From assembly GCA_002269645.1 (NCBI GenBank), contig NIVC01000374.1, forward strand, positions 496,001 to 560,000: 64,000 bases of DNA. Direction: 5' to 3'. Within the stretch, counting starts at the first letter, position 1, and each line of letters starts with the position of its first letter. The notes beneath the pieces were generated by a model, which saw nothing but the letters and a program-made list of their open reading frames with translations, did no database searches and was not told where the DNA came from. Origin of the DNA: Macrostomum lignano. Lineage: Eukaryota. Positions 49,911 to 60,444 of this stretch are shown piece after piece. Position numbers and translations under genes: made by a program.

Positions 49911-52900
49911 GAATGAAGACGCTGTCGTCTTCAAAGGTGGGACGATGGTTTATATATTGTTTGTAACTTTTATGGCCTAATTTTAAATTTAAAAAAAACT
50001 AAGAAGCTTAGTTGATTATAATTTAATTTAAACAAAGTTTAAGCATAACTGTTTAAAAAATTAATAAAAATACTTATGATGGTTTATTATGTCCATTATT
50101 GTTTATGGCTTAATATAAATTTTAAAAAAAACTAAGAAGCTTAGTTGATTATAATTTAATTTAAACAAAGTTTAAGCATAACTATTTAAAAAAATTAATA
50201 AAAATACTTATGATGGTTTATTATGTCCATTATTGTTTATGGCTATGACCTATTTATTTAACCCAAATTAAGAACTAATTAAAACGCTATATCGTGTTTT
50301 TATATTTTACGGCTATGACGTATGAAGAACTAAATAGCTTAATGGGCTACATTTTCAATTTGATTTAAACAAAGTTTATACATAACTGTGGAAATATAAT
50401 AATAAAAAATATTTTATTAGATTACAAGAATATCCACTCTGCTGTTGTGTAGAAAGGGTTGTTAAGGCGGTTGTTGTTGTTTGTTGGTTGTAAAAGGGGT
50501 TGTTGTTGTTGGGGTTTTTGTTGTTGTTGGGGTTGTTGTTGTTGTTGTTGGGGGGGTGGTTGTTGTTGGGGGGTTTGCGTAACGTGGGGGCTGCCGCCCC
50601 CACACCCCCGCTCCCCCACCCCTCCCGCGCGTTGTTGTTGGGGAGGGTGGTTGTTGTTGGGGGGTTTGCGTAACGTGGGGGCTGCCGCCCCCACACCCCC
50701 GCTCCCCCACCCCTCCCGCGCGTTGTTGTTGGGGAGGGTGGTTGTTGTTGTGGGGTTTGCGTAACGTGGAGGCTGCCGCCCCCACACCCCCGCTCCCCCA
50801 CCCCTCCCGCGCGTTGTTGTTGGGGAGGGTGGTTGTTGTTGTGGGTTTGCGTAACGTGGGGGCTGCCGCCCCCACACCCCCGCTCCCCCACCCCTCCCGC
50901 GCGTTGTTGTTGGGGAGGGTGGTTGTTGTTGTGGGGTTTGCGTAACGTGGGGGCTGCCGCCCCCACACCCCCGCTCCCCCACCCCTCCCGCGCATTGTTG
51001 TTGGGGTGGGTGGTTGTTGTTGTGGGGTTTGCGTAACGTGGGGGCTGCCGCCCCCACACCCCCGCTCCCCACCCCACCCCTCCGCAACTTTTCCCACCTC
51101 TAACACATCTTTTTAGCATGCTAAAACTGCTTGTAAGCCTTTGGCGACCGCGCAACACATCATACTTGCCGATATGTATCGTAATATCCTTTCTGCACTA
51201 ACAAATCATCTGTGCCGCACTTTCAGCTTCACTCTTACTCTTTAATAAGGTATACAAGGAAAGGAAAATTAAACAATCAATATTAAATTATATTGAAAAT
51301 ACTAATAAATCCGTTCCTGCTAAAAAAATTAAATATAGAAAAAACCTGGTCCACTTGGGATTCGAACCTGGGTACATGTATTTTACAGAGCAACTGCCTT
51401 CGCCCCCGATCCATCTCTCGCTTAAGCAAAGCTCTACAGTGCACGCCGTTTATATCGAATATTCCCTATGGTAGCCACTTTTACGATTTTTGCTGCTTCT
51501 TCATACATTTCTGCTCACTGCATCGCAACGCCTTTACCTAAAAATACGAGTCGCATGTCGTTGCAGAGATAACATCAAGGCGCACTCATCCAATGCAATT
51601 TCAAACTATGTCAACAAATTTTTACGGCTGCTAGGCGCCACAATATGAATTTTCACCTGTTCTGACAGGTATTCAAACACGTATTACCACCTTTTAACCA
51701 GCGAATCAGTTTTCAAAACTAATTTAGTTGCATAGTGCATCCATAGTGCTGTTTTTAGACACCAAACTTGAGTCTCTAGGCCTTGCCAATGCAGAGTTAT
51801 TACCAAAATTATGCTTAAAATTTGCCCAAAAATGGCCTTCTCAAAATTCGGAGGCAATTTTCTCGAAAATACGAATTTTCCAGCCATATTGGCGTATGAC
51901 CGGTGTAACTTCAGCTATTCGACTAAACAATATTGAAAATGCAGAAAAATCGGTGCGCAAAAATTCTTATTTTTCGACTTCAAAGTTTGTACCCCCAAAT
52001 GGGCCGTTTTTCACATAACAGGTAAAAAGTACCTGTTAACAGGGATTTTTTCAGGAGTGTCTTATGTCATTCAAAAGGGCATCCGATGGGTTACAATTTG
52101 ACCCTACACTCGAAAAAGTTCGCCCCATTTTAAAAAAATTTCCTTAACAACGTCTGTTTTTTTGCAGTCCCCCCCGGCCCCTTTTTTCCCTGGTTTCCGG
52201 GTCACTGCTCAGCACAGGTAGGTCCAAATGCTTAGAAAATTCAGGAAAACAAATTTCCATATGTTTGACACGTCGTGTTAAAGTCTCAACACCGTAGCAT
52301 AAAACACTTTTTCAAGTTTGAGGACTGCTTTTTTAAAACGTGACCCAATTTTTCGAAAACGACGTTTTTAGGCACTCTTTGGCACCTGGGCAGGTTATTG
52401 ATGGCCCAATCGGCCAAATGTCGATGTTTCTGATTAAAAGACATCCAGTTGAGTGATTTGGTATGCAAAACAGCAAAAATAAAGTTTTCCATCTCGACGC
52501 CATAGGCCTCACAAAAGTGCACTAAAAATTTGTACTTTTAAACAGCAGATAGGCAGCCATGTGAAAAGTACATTTTAGCCGAAAAAAATTTAGCGCATCA
52601 AACAGCCTTAAGTGTTTTTAAGGCTAGGAGGCAGCTCAAAGGCCGCGCGAAAGCGCGTCCTTTTCGCTGCGGTAAGGCAAAGTTGAAAAAAATGCCAATT
52701 TTTCGACCTCAAAAAACACGTTTTTTGTACTTTTACCCTAAAAGTTAAAGTACAATCAAAAAATCCATTTCTGATCATTGTAGCGTTTAAATGCCCGCGT
52801 TTACTGAGCCCACTCGCTAAGCGCTGCCATATTCTCAATCCTTATTTTTTGAGATCAAAGTTTTTGACAAAGTCGAAAAAACGCAGTTTTTGGTTGCCAT

Positions 52901-53170
52901 GGCAACCAAAATGCGTTGCCATAGCAACCAACTATTGTGCATCCGATAGCGCTAGGTCTTTGACACATTTTGGCAAAAACAGTTTGTAAATCGGTCGTAC
53001 CGTTTTTTCTGCGCAGCGTTTCAAAGTTGAAAAACGTCATTTTTAGTGTGTGCAACCACGTTACATCTTATCAGGGACGATTTCGCAAAAGTAAGCACCA
53101 TAGAAAAAAATTCTCGCTTCGCTCGCCTTTTTTTCTATACTACTTACTGGCTCATCGTCCCACAACTAGT
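49905..53170 (-). mobile_element. Helentron-like element, unit 4 (~3.3 kb)
   Basis: Same termini; the array ends at CATCGTCCCACAACTAGT (53170). Confidence 0.7.
50465..51080. repeat. (TTG)n plus ~91-bp minisatellite B in unit 4
   Basis: About 5-6 tandem copies. Confidence 0.9.
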
Positions 53171-53404
53171 CAAATATTATGGTGACGAAGAGAAGGATTG
53201 AGTAGAAGTCTAATTCTAAATCCTTCATCTACCTCTTGAAGTCTAGCAAACAGCGTCATCATTGAGGCAGTGAAATAGCCTAACATACTACTACTGATAT
53301 GCTAGAGCTGCACGCTAGTGTTCTAAAACAAGTCTTGCTCTTTTTTCGACTACATGTAGGCACTAGCCACTATAACGTCGCGATTGAACGGAACTTAAAT
53401 ACAA

Positions 53405-53615
53405 GCGTAGTAATTTGTTCAGCCAGTCCGTTGAACACCTTGCCGTAGATCGCCAGCACCTGCAGCTGCCGGGCTGCGTATCAGGTAAAGTCGATATTGG
53501 GCGACACCACTGCCAGACGCTCGAACAGGTAGGCAATCAACACATTTGAAGAAGAACAGCACGAGGACGAAGAACAGCCTATCCAGAGACTCCGCAGCAG
53601 ATGGGCAGCAAGTCG
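53405..53615 (-). pseudogene. Frameshifted fragment paralogous to the S6/TRP-helix region of the TRP-like gene at 55666-57392
   Basis: Colinear nucleotide similarity to ~55745-55960 (LFFF/NVLIAYLFERLAVVSPN...QLQVLAIYG) with indels. Confidence 0.75.
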
Positions 53616-53624
53616 AAGACGCAC

Positions 53625-54700
53625 CTATGTAGGGGTAAAATCATTCTTCTTTAGAGCGTCCTCCCACTCCTATGAGAAACCTATGTACAGGGTTTTTCTG
53701 GAGGCGTCCTTTTCCGGAACCTCTTTGAAGGCCCGGATTCCGCCCTGAGGTAGGTCAGGGTTCTTGCTGAGTGGATTAAAAGGCTCGGTAGCGCCTGCAT
53801 GGCAGCGGCGGTCGGGCATGCTCCATGCACGACCATGGATGGGAGTGCAGTCGCGCAGGCGTCCCACGTGATGGACGCGAGTTTAAGCAGTGCGAGGTCG
53901 ATCTGAGCCACGTCTTTGTAGGGGAGGATGATGTTTCCGTTTGCGTTGCGCACCGTCTCGACCTTGATGTCGAGGGCGTCATTGTCCCAGAGGAAGTCAT
54001 CGATCCTTTTGATCGCTGCTTCCAGCTGGGCGGTGGTCAGCACGCACGCAGAATTTCGGCTCTGCTGCCACTTTGGCGTACGTGCTGGCTTTGGCCCCAT
54101 TTGTGTCTATTGGGATCCAGCGAGGAGTCGGTGCGCTCGGCTGGCTGCTGCCTTCTGCAATCAGGGCCTTGGTTTTTTCATCGCACCTGCGACGGGTGAT
54201 GACCTGCTGGAAGCCGTCGTTTTTAGAGGCACCTGGACGAGGTGCGTGGGTTTCCGCGGGGTTTGCGGTGGGATCAACTATATGTTGGAGGGTTGGGGGA
54301 TTGACGGACCTCCCGAGCCGTGTCAGTAGGTTTTGTTTTATCCATGCAGATTAGGCTGGAATGGAGAAGCTAAAATGTGAAGGCGAGGCTCCAGCGGGCC
54401 CCCAGCCCACACTCTGCAAGATCATGAGACGGGAGGCCAGCTGCAGGTTTGGGACAAGGGCGCCAAGTCAGATTGACAGCCAGAGCCCAAGACCTCCCCG
54501 CAGGAGTGGCTTTCGAGAATCCGTGTGGTACCAGTGTTGCAACTATGGGCTCCTGCTCTGCAAAAAACAGCAGGCTATTCGTTTCTATGCTTAGCCCAGA
54601 CGGAAGAGTAAAGAGGGGAAAAGCCATTGCCCCCTCCGGACGCGCTTTATTGATTCAGCAAGTTGACTTGCTGATGGATACTCAAAATTTGCCATTGTTT
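53625..54700 (-). mobile_element. Degenerate LINE 5' end (5'UTR plus ORF1-like remnant)
   Basis: Frameshifted minus-strand ORF pieces with DGFQQVITRRR and STYAKVAA motifs typical of LINE ORF1 N-termini; no RT present. Confidence 0.45.
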
Positions 54701-55040
54701 GACTGAAACTAGCGATTAATCTAGCTATCGTCCATTAGTTGTGTACATACGATTCAGTTTACCCTGAACCAACAGACCTTCATTTGTTGATTTTTCTGCT
54801 TTTGACGTTTGGAGTGTTTTCCTCAGTCCTCCCTTGTAGCTACCTAAATTAGATTGCTTACAGCTAAAGATCAGCAAATGGATATTTTAAATGCACTAAT
54901 TTATAACCAATCAAACTGTAAAATAATGGCACAAAAAAGTTACTGCGGGAATTTACAATTTTCGTCCTCCCATCTTGACATTTATTCCCACAGCTACCTT
55001 TTCCTTCTGTCCTATTGTCGCATCATTCTGTCATTCCATC

Positions 55041-55306
55041 GCGAGTGACTCAAGCCAGAGTGACTTAATGCCGAGTGACTCAATCCCGAGTGACTCAATC
55101 CCGAGTGACTCAACCCGAGTGACTCAATCCCGAGTGACTCACTCCTGAGTGACTCCATCCCGAGTGACTCAATCCCGAGTGACTCAATCCCGAGTGACTC
55201 ACTCCTCCATCCGGAGTGACTCAATCCCGAGTGAGTCAATGCCGAGTGACTCAATCCCGAGGGACTCAATCTCGAGTGTCTCTATCCCGAGTGACTCAAT
55301 CCCGAG
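55041..55306. repeat. 15-bp minisatellite (CCGAGTGACTCAATC), about 18 copies
   Basis: Direct tandem copies. Confidence 0.95.
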
Positions 55307-55665
55307 TAGATATATGTCCTTTTACTGTGTCCTATACCGTCGTCAGCTGGTAAATTTAAATGAGCAAAGTCTTATCTAGCCCACTGAGAGTGTACCATTA
55401 AGTTACTACAATGAGAATGAAACAACGTCTTTTATGATTGACAGATTGATCGATGTCAGTAAATAAGCTGAGATATTCCGAGGTAGAAATCGTATATTTC
55501 AGCTGTACTTCAGTCAGTCGCAAAGACAAACGACAAAACTTGTGGTTTGAATTGACAAAACCATTTCTAGTATACCCATGCCAGGCTGATGATTCATTGA
55601 AATTTAGGGCAGTGACTCAAATGTTGTCATTTTGATAACCCCAAGAAGGCCCTACTGAATTTGCC

Positions 55666-57392
55666 CTAGTGATATCGCTTCTGGGGTATTCTCAACTCCA
55701 GAGCCGTAGCAGACTTGCTCTGAACTTCCGTAGTCCGAGAGCAAAGTAGCCTTCGTCGCAGGTCGATGAGTCCGTTGAGCAACGCGCCCCAGATCGCCAG
55801 CATCTGCAGCTGCCGAGCCCGCATCAGGTAGGCGGTGTTGGGCGACACGAACGCCAGGCGGTCGGACAGAAAGGCGATCAACACGTTGAAGAAGAACAGC
55901 GAGAACAGCATGTGGGTTGTTAGGTACAGCAGGCCCATTCTGCCCAGAGACTCGGCAGAGAACGAACCCCCGACGATGGTTCTGTAGAAACCCAGCCAGA
56001 TGTTTGCTATTGAATTTCCGCTGGCTCCGTAGAAGTTCGGCTCGCACGGTATGATGATGGAGTAGAGCCAGGCTGAGTTTATCGTGATGAAGCCAATGAG
56101 GAACAGAAAAGGAGCGAGCAGGTCCACCAGACACCACATTTGGAAGAACAGACTGCTCACTAGGCCAAGGTCGTTAAAAATTGAAACCATGGAAACCACC
56201 AACAGTAGACCGAATATACTATCAGTCAAGTTGACTGCGGTTGAGTTAATCAGGCTGTCTCTCTCGTGGCAGCTCGTCACTGTTGGTAGGGAGAGAGACA
56301 GCGCCAACACTGCCGGAGACGCCAGCACCCAAACCATCGGGAAGAACCACTTGATGTCAGAGGCGACAGTCTTCACGACTCCCACCAACGTGTTCGAATG
56401 TTTTAGCCGCGCTAGGTTTAGAATTCGGAATCGCGCAACGGTAATAATCGAAATCCGGGCGATTACCATTGCAATGACAAGGTAGGCAAAAATAAAGGAC
56501 ACCAGCTGCAGACCGGGAGGCTTGGTGATGCCGTTCAGAACTCGTAGGTTGCTGCATGAGCTGTTGCAAACATCCGAGTTGGTGTTCCTGTACAATGTTG
56601 GAGCACTGATGAGGGCCAACAAAGACCAAAGGACGGAGGATACACTGGCGTTAAAGAATAAAACCTTCCGATTTGTTGCGAGCAATTCAGCCGACCAGCG
56701 CGCGATGACGTCGGAGTCCCAGAAGCGCTTCAGCGAGTCGTCCAGCGGCTCCGCGTCCCGCGTCATGTCGGCCAGCATCGTCAGCGGACTCGTGTCCCGC
56801 CTGTCGCCCCTCGGGAAGCTGTACTCGCTGAGGTCCACACAGCGCAGTCTCACTGCTCCTGCATCAATCAGGCTGCTGCAGTACCTGCTGCTGCAGTGCA
56901 GAATCCAGTGAGCCACTGAGAACTGCCGCCTGTTCACTGCCAGCTCCAGCGCATTCAGGATCCCAGCGCTTCCTTGTCCAGCAGCTGGCACAGCTGCTCA
57001 GAGACCTGCTCATCGCTGCTGTGCAACTGCTGCAGAAAGCTCACAGCCTGCTGTTGGAGAGACTCACAATTCACAATCCACAGCTTGACGATGAGGCAGT
57101 GGACTGGGCAGCAGTCAGCATCCTTCATCACTTGCTGGCTTGTCGTCTCGAGCAGGTAGCGGAAGCAGTCGGGAGCCAGGCTGCAGCAGCTCAGCTCGAT
57201 GAGAGACGTGTGCTGCGACAGGAGCTGGGCGAATGCGGCTCCGTCAGCGGAGCACGGGATGAAGTCGTGGGCGGCGTGAGGGAAGCTGAGCCGGTCAGAT
57301 GCAGAGTCCCTGCTGCTCAGCAGCCTCTTCAGCGATGCCAAATCGTCCGCGTCAAATATGGCTAACAGTTTTTGAGCTTCTTCTGCAGTCAT
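55666..57392 (-). CDS. Intronless TRP-like (TRPV/TRPA-type) cation channel, about 575 aa, with one frameshift at ~56963 (assembly error or pseudogene)
   Basis: Joining ORFs 57392-56955 and 56991-55666 by adding one G gives a helical, ankyrin-like N-terminus, six hydrophobic segments, S6 FFFNVLIAFLSDR and a TRP-helix-like YLMRARQLQML. Confidence 0.7.
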
Positions 57393-58044
57393 ATGTCGTC
57401 AATAAGCTTATAAATTTCTCGCAAATCTCTAATAAAGGTACAGATATAGCTCTACCTTGGCCTGTGCAGTAGTTTTTATATTGGGAATGTATTTGCTGAA
57501 TTTTACCTAGCGAGCCTCGTCTCCATTGGTTATCCGCTTGCTCTTGGATTGGCGAGTTGAATATATTGGGCTTAGAACTTCACTGGGTATTATTTTAACT
57601 TCTGCAATTACTCGCGAACTTAAACTTTGCTGTAAAAACCGACAGACCTATAGATGAGACAAAGGCCACTAAAAAGTGTAAACTTGTCAGAAGCTTCCAG
57701 TGAAAGGGGAGATAAGTTTATGCAGCGGAATAGGACGTGAAGTGAGGATCCAGAACAAACCGACTACTTATGCTTACCTATTACCTACTACTGGCGGGGG
57801 GCTACTGGTCGGAAATGCACTGTCGAAGTTGAAGCAGTTTAACAGCTAGTGAATTATCGTTTTCGCTCAGTGGATGCTATTTGAAAGCCTGTTGGTCGGT
57901 CTCTGACAACAGTAGAAAAGTTATTAACAACCGGGGGCGCCAAGGGGGGGGGGGCGCCAGCACCAGCCAAAATTAGTTGCGTCGCAACTGCTGTAATGAA
58001 TATAAGCCTACGGTTTGTTTTCTACACTATCTTAGTTTACATCC

Positions 58045-58181
58045 TCGCGGTTTCCGGCGGTGATAAATTGCCGCGTTGATCGAAAACTCGCTCCTTGCCG
58101 GTCTTGAAGGCCCACGCTGGCCTTCTGCACGCGACCTGGCCCAGAGGCGCGCTCTGTGACGCTGACGAGACCCTGATAGCG

Positions 58182-58216
<35 letters not shown>

Positions 58217-58318
58217 GTTGTTGTTGTTCCTGTTGTTGTTGTTGTTGTTGTTCCTGTTGTTGTTGTTGTTTTTGTTGTTGTTGTTGTTGTTTTTGTTTTT
58301 GTTGTTGTTGTTGTTCCT
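58045..58318 (+). mobile_element. Short RTE-related 3' end with a long (TTG)n tail (58185-58318)
   Basis: GGCCCAGAGGCGCGCTCTGTGAC resembles the RTE ORF ends at ~23710 and ~3570. Confidence 0.5.
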
Positions 58319-58914
58319 GCTTCTGTTTTTAGCATCCATGCAGTCCTATATCCTAAATTTTTAATGTTAACTACAAATACATTTCGTCTCTAGCATACCT
58401 AGTGCTAAAGCTCTGACAGCATAGCTAAATACTTGGCTGACATTACTCACCGAAAAGATTTCTAATTTCAAGTGCCCCTAAATGCTTGCTGGATTGAGAG
58501 CTTTAAATTAATTCTAGTTTCTCTCTCATCTACTTCAACAAATTAAATAAAATAAAAACCAGCAAATTCTTGAGATTCTTGTCATTCTTCTGTTTGTTGT
58601 TATAAAAGTTCACAAAAAACTTTCTGTCATGTTTTGGTATCGTTTTATCACAAAAATAGTGGCGTATAAGAGTGGCGTATAAGATTATAAAAAATAGTGG
58701 CGTATTAGGAAGGTTGCAATGGCTGCTGGTGTGGCGATGCTGCGAGTTAAGTAAGCAAAAATCATATTTGAATTGAAAATGAGTTGAAAATCATATTTAA
58801 TGCGAGCGTAATATTTCGAAATTTTGAAAAATGTTGAAAATTGTGATTTGATATAATCGTAATTTTGCTGAACCTCTAGGTACTAACAGGTAATCAAATG
58901 CTGTTACAGGAACT

Positions 58915-59398
58915 GACATCCTGTCTAACAGGTATCTCAGATCCTGTCTAACAAGTACCTCGGATCCTGTCTAACAGGTACCTCAGATTCTGTCTAACAG
59001 GTATCTCAGATCCTGTCTAACAGGTACCTCAGATTCTGTCTAACAGGTATCTCAGATCCTGTCTAACAAGTACCTCAGATCCTGTCTAACAGGTACCTCA
59101 GATCCTGTCTAACAGGTACCTCAGATCCTGTCTAACAGGTACCTCAGATCCTGTCTAACAGGTACCTCAGATCCTGTCTAACAGGTACCTCAGATCCTGT
59201 CTAACAGGTACCTCAGATCCTGTCTAACAGGTACCTCAGATCCTGTCTAACAGGTATCTCAGATCCTGTCTAACAGGTACCTCAGATCCTGTCTAACAGG
59301 TATCTCAGATCCTGTCTAACAGGTACCTCAGATCCTGTCTAACAGGTATCTCAGATCCTGTCTAACAGGTACCTCAGATCCTGTCTAACAGGTACCTA
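58915..59398. repeat. 23-bp minisatellite (AACAGGTACCTCAGATCCTGTCT), about 21 copies
   Basis: Direct tandem copies. Confidence 0.95.
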
Positions 59399-59884
59399 CT
59401 GTATATCTTGCCTGATAGGTTTCTATTCATTCAAAGCTTTTTTTCAAAACTTTCCAACATGCTACTATGAGTAAAAGTAAAAAAACGGAATATTGAATGT
59501 AAAATTGACATATTCAATGGAAGAGATTCAGACACAAATTGGCAATTAAATACGAAATACAAAAACGTGATCAAGTTTAAATAGTTCCTGGAAAAAGTAT
59601 GCCAAAATGTAAAAAATTAAAGTTTATGTTCTGTACAGAAATGTCTGAATAAAGTACAAGTCTAAATAATAAAATATTGTGTAAAATAATGAAAGCAAAT
59701 TTCATTCTGCGCAACTGTTTGGTAGATCAGAAGTTTTAGAGTGCACAAAGTCTCCATAAGAGTCTCACAAAGCTAGCAACTGTTGAAGTTCCCTTGTCGC
59801 TCAGGCATTTACCTGTGATATATTATTTTTTTAATTAGATGGAGTGGTTATTAAAGACTTTTAAAACTATAAAAAACTAAGTAT

Positions 59885-60425
59885 TGTGTGTTTATGGGGA
59901 TTAATGATATTTGTATGGGGGATTAATGATATGTCTATGGGGGAATAATGATATGTCTATGGGGGATTAATAATTTGTCTATGGGGATTAATGATATGTC
60001 TATGGGGGATTAATGATATGTCTATGGGGATTAATGATATGTCTATGGGGATTAATGATATGTCTATGGGGGATTAATGATATGTCTATGGGGATTAATG
60101 ATATGTCTATGGGGATTAATGATATGTCTATGGGGGATTAATGATATGTCTATGGGGATTAATGATATGTCTATGGGGGATTAATGATATGTCTATGGGG
60201 GATTAATGATATGTCTATGGGGGATTAATGATATGTCTATGGGAATTTATGTGTTTATGGGAATTTATGATGTGTCTACGGGAATTTATGATGTGTCTAT
60301 GGGAATTTATGATGTGTCTATGGGAATTTATGATGTGTCTATGGGAATTTATGATGTGTCTATGGGAATTTATGATGTGTCTATGGGAATTTATGATGTG
60401 TCTATGGAAATTTATGATGTGTCTA
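59885..60425. repeat. 21-24-bp minisatellite drifting from GGGGATTAATGATATGTCTAT to GGGAATTTATGATGTGTCTAT
   Basis: Direct tandem copies in two related blocks. Confidence 0.95.
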
Positions 60426-60444
60426 CAGAAATTATTCAGATGAC

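Noticed and set aside
38258-51158. CRISPR-like arrays, or Pro/Thr/Gln-rich proteins in the big array
   Set aside because: The repeats are contiguous with no unique spacers, there are no cas genes, the context is eukaryotic, and the ORFs are repeat artefacts.
39441-51420. Calling the tRNA-like cassettes, and the one at 37950-38015, real tRNA genes
   Set aside because: A/B boxes are present but acceptor and anticodon stems do not pair convincingly.
39838-53185. Recurrent 60-140 aa ORFs in the array units as a transposase or Rep/helicase
   Set aside because: No HUH, helicase or DDE motifs, and start/stop positions vary between units.
58027-58393. PolyN/T/L/V ORFs
   Set aside because: Translations of the (TTG)n microsatellite.
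59750-59812. Extra terminal sortilin exon after the 59885 minisatellite
   Set aside because: An acceptor-like TCACAG exists, but no frame gives a recognisable acidic-dileucine tail, and the 60445 stop already closes the ORF.
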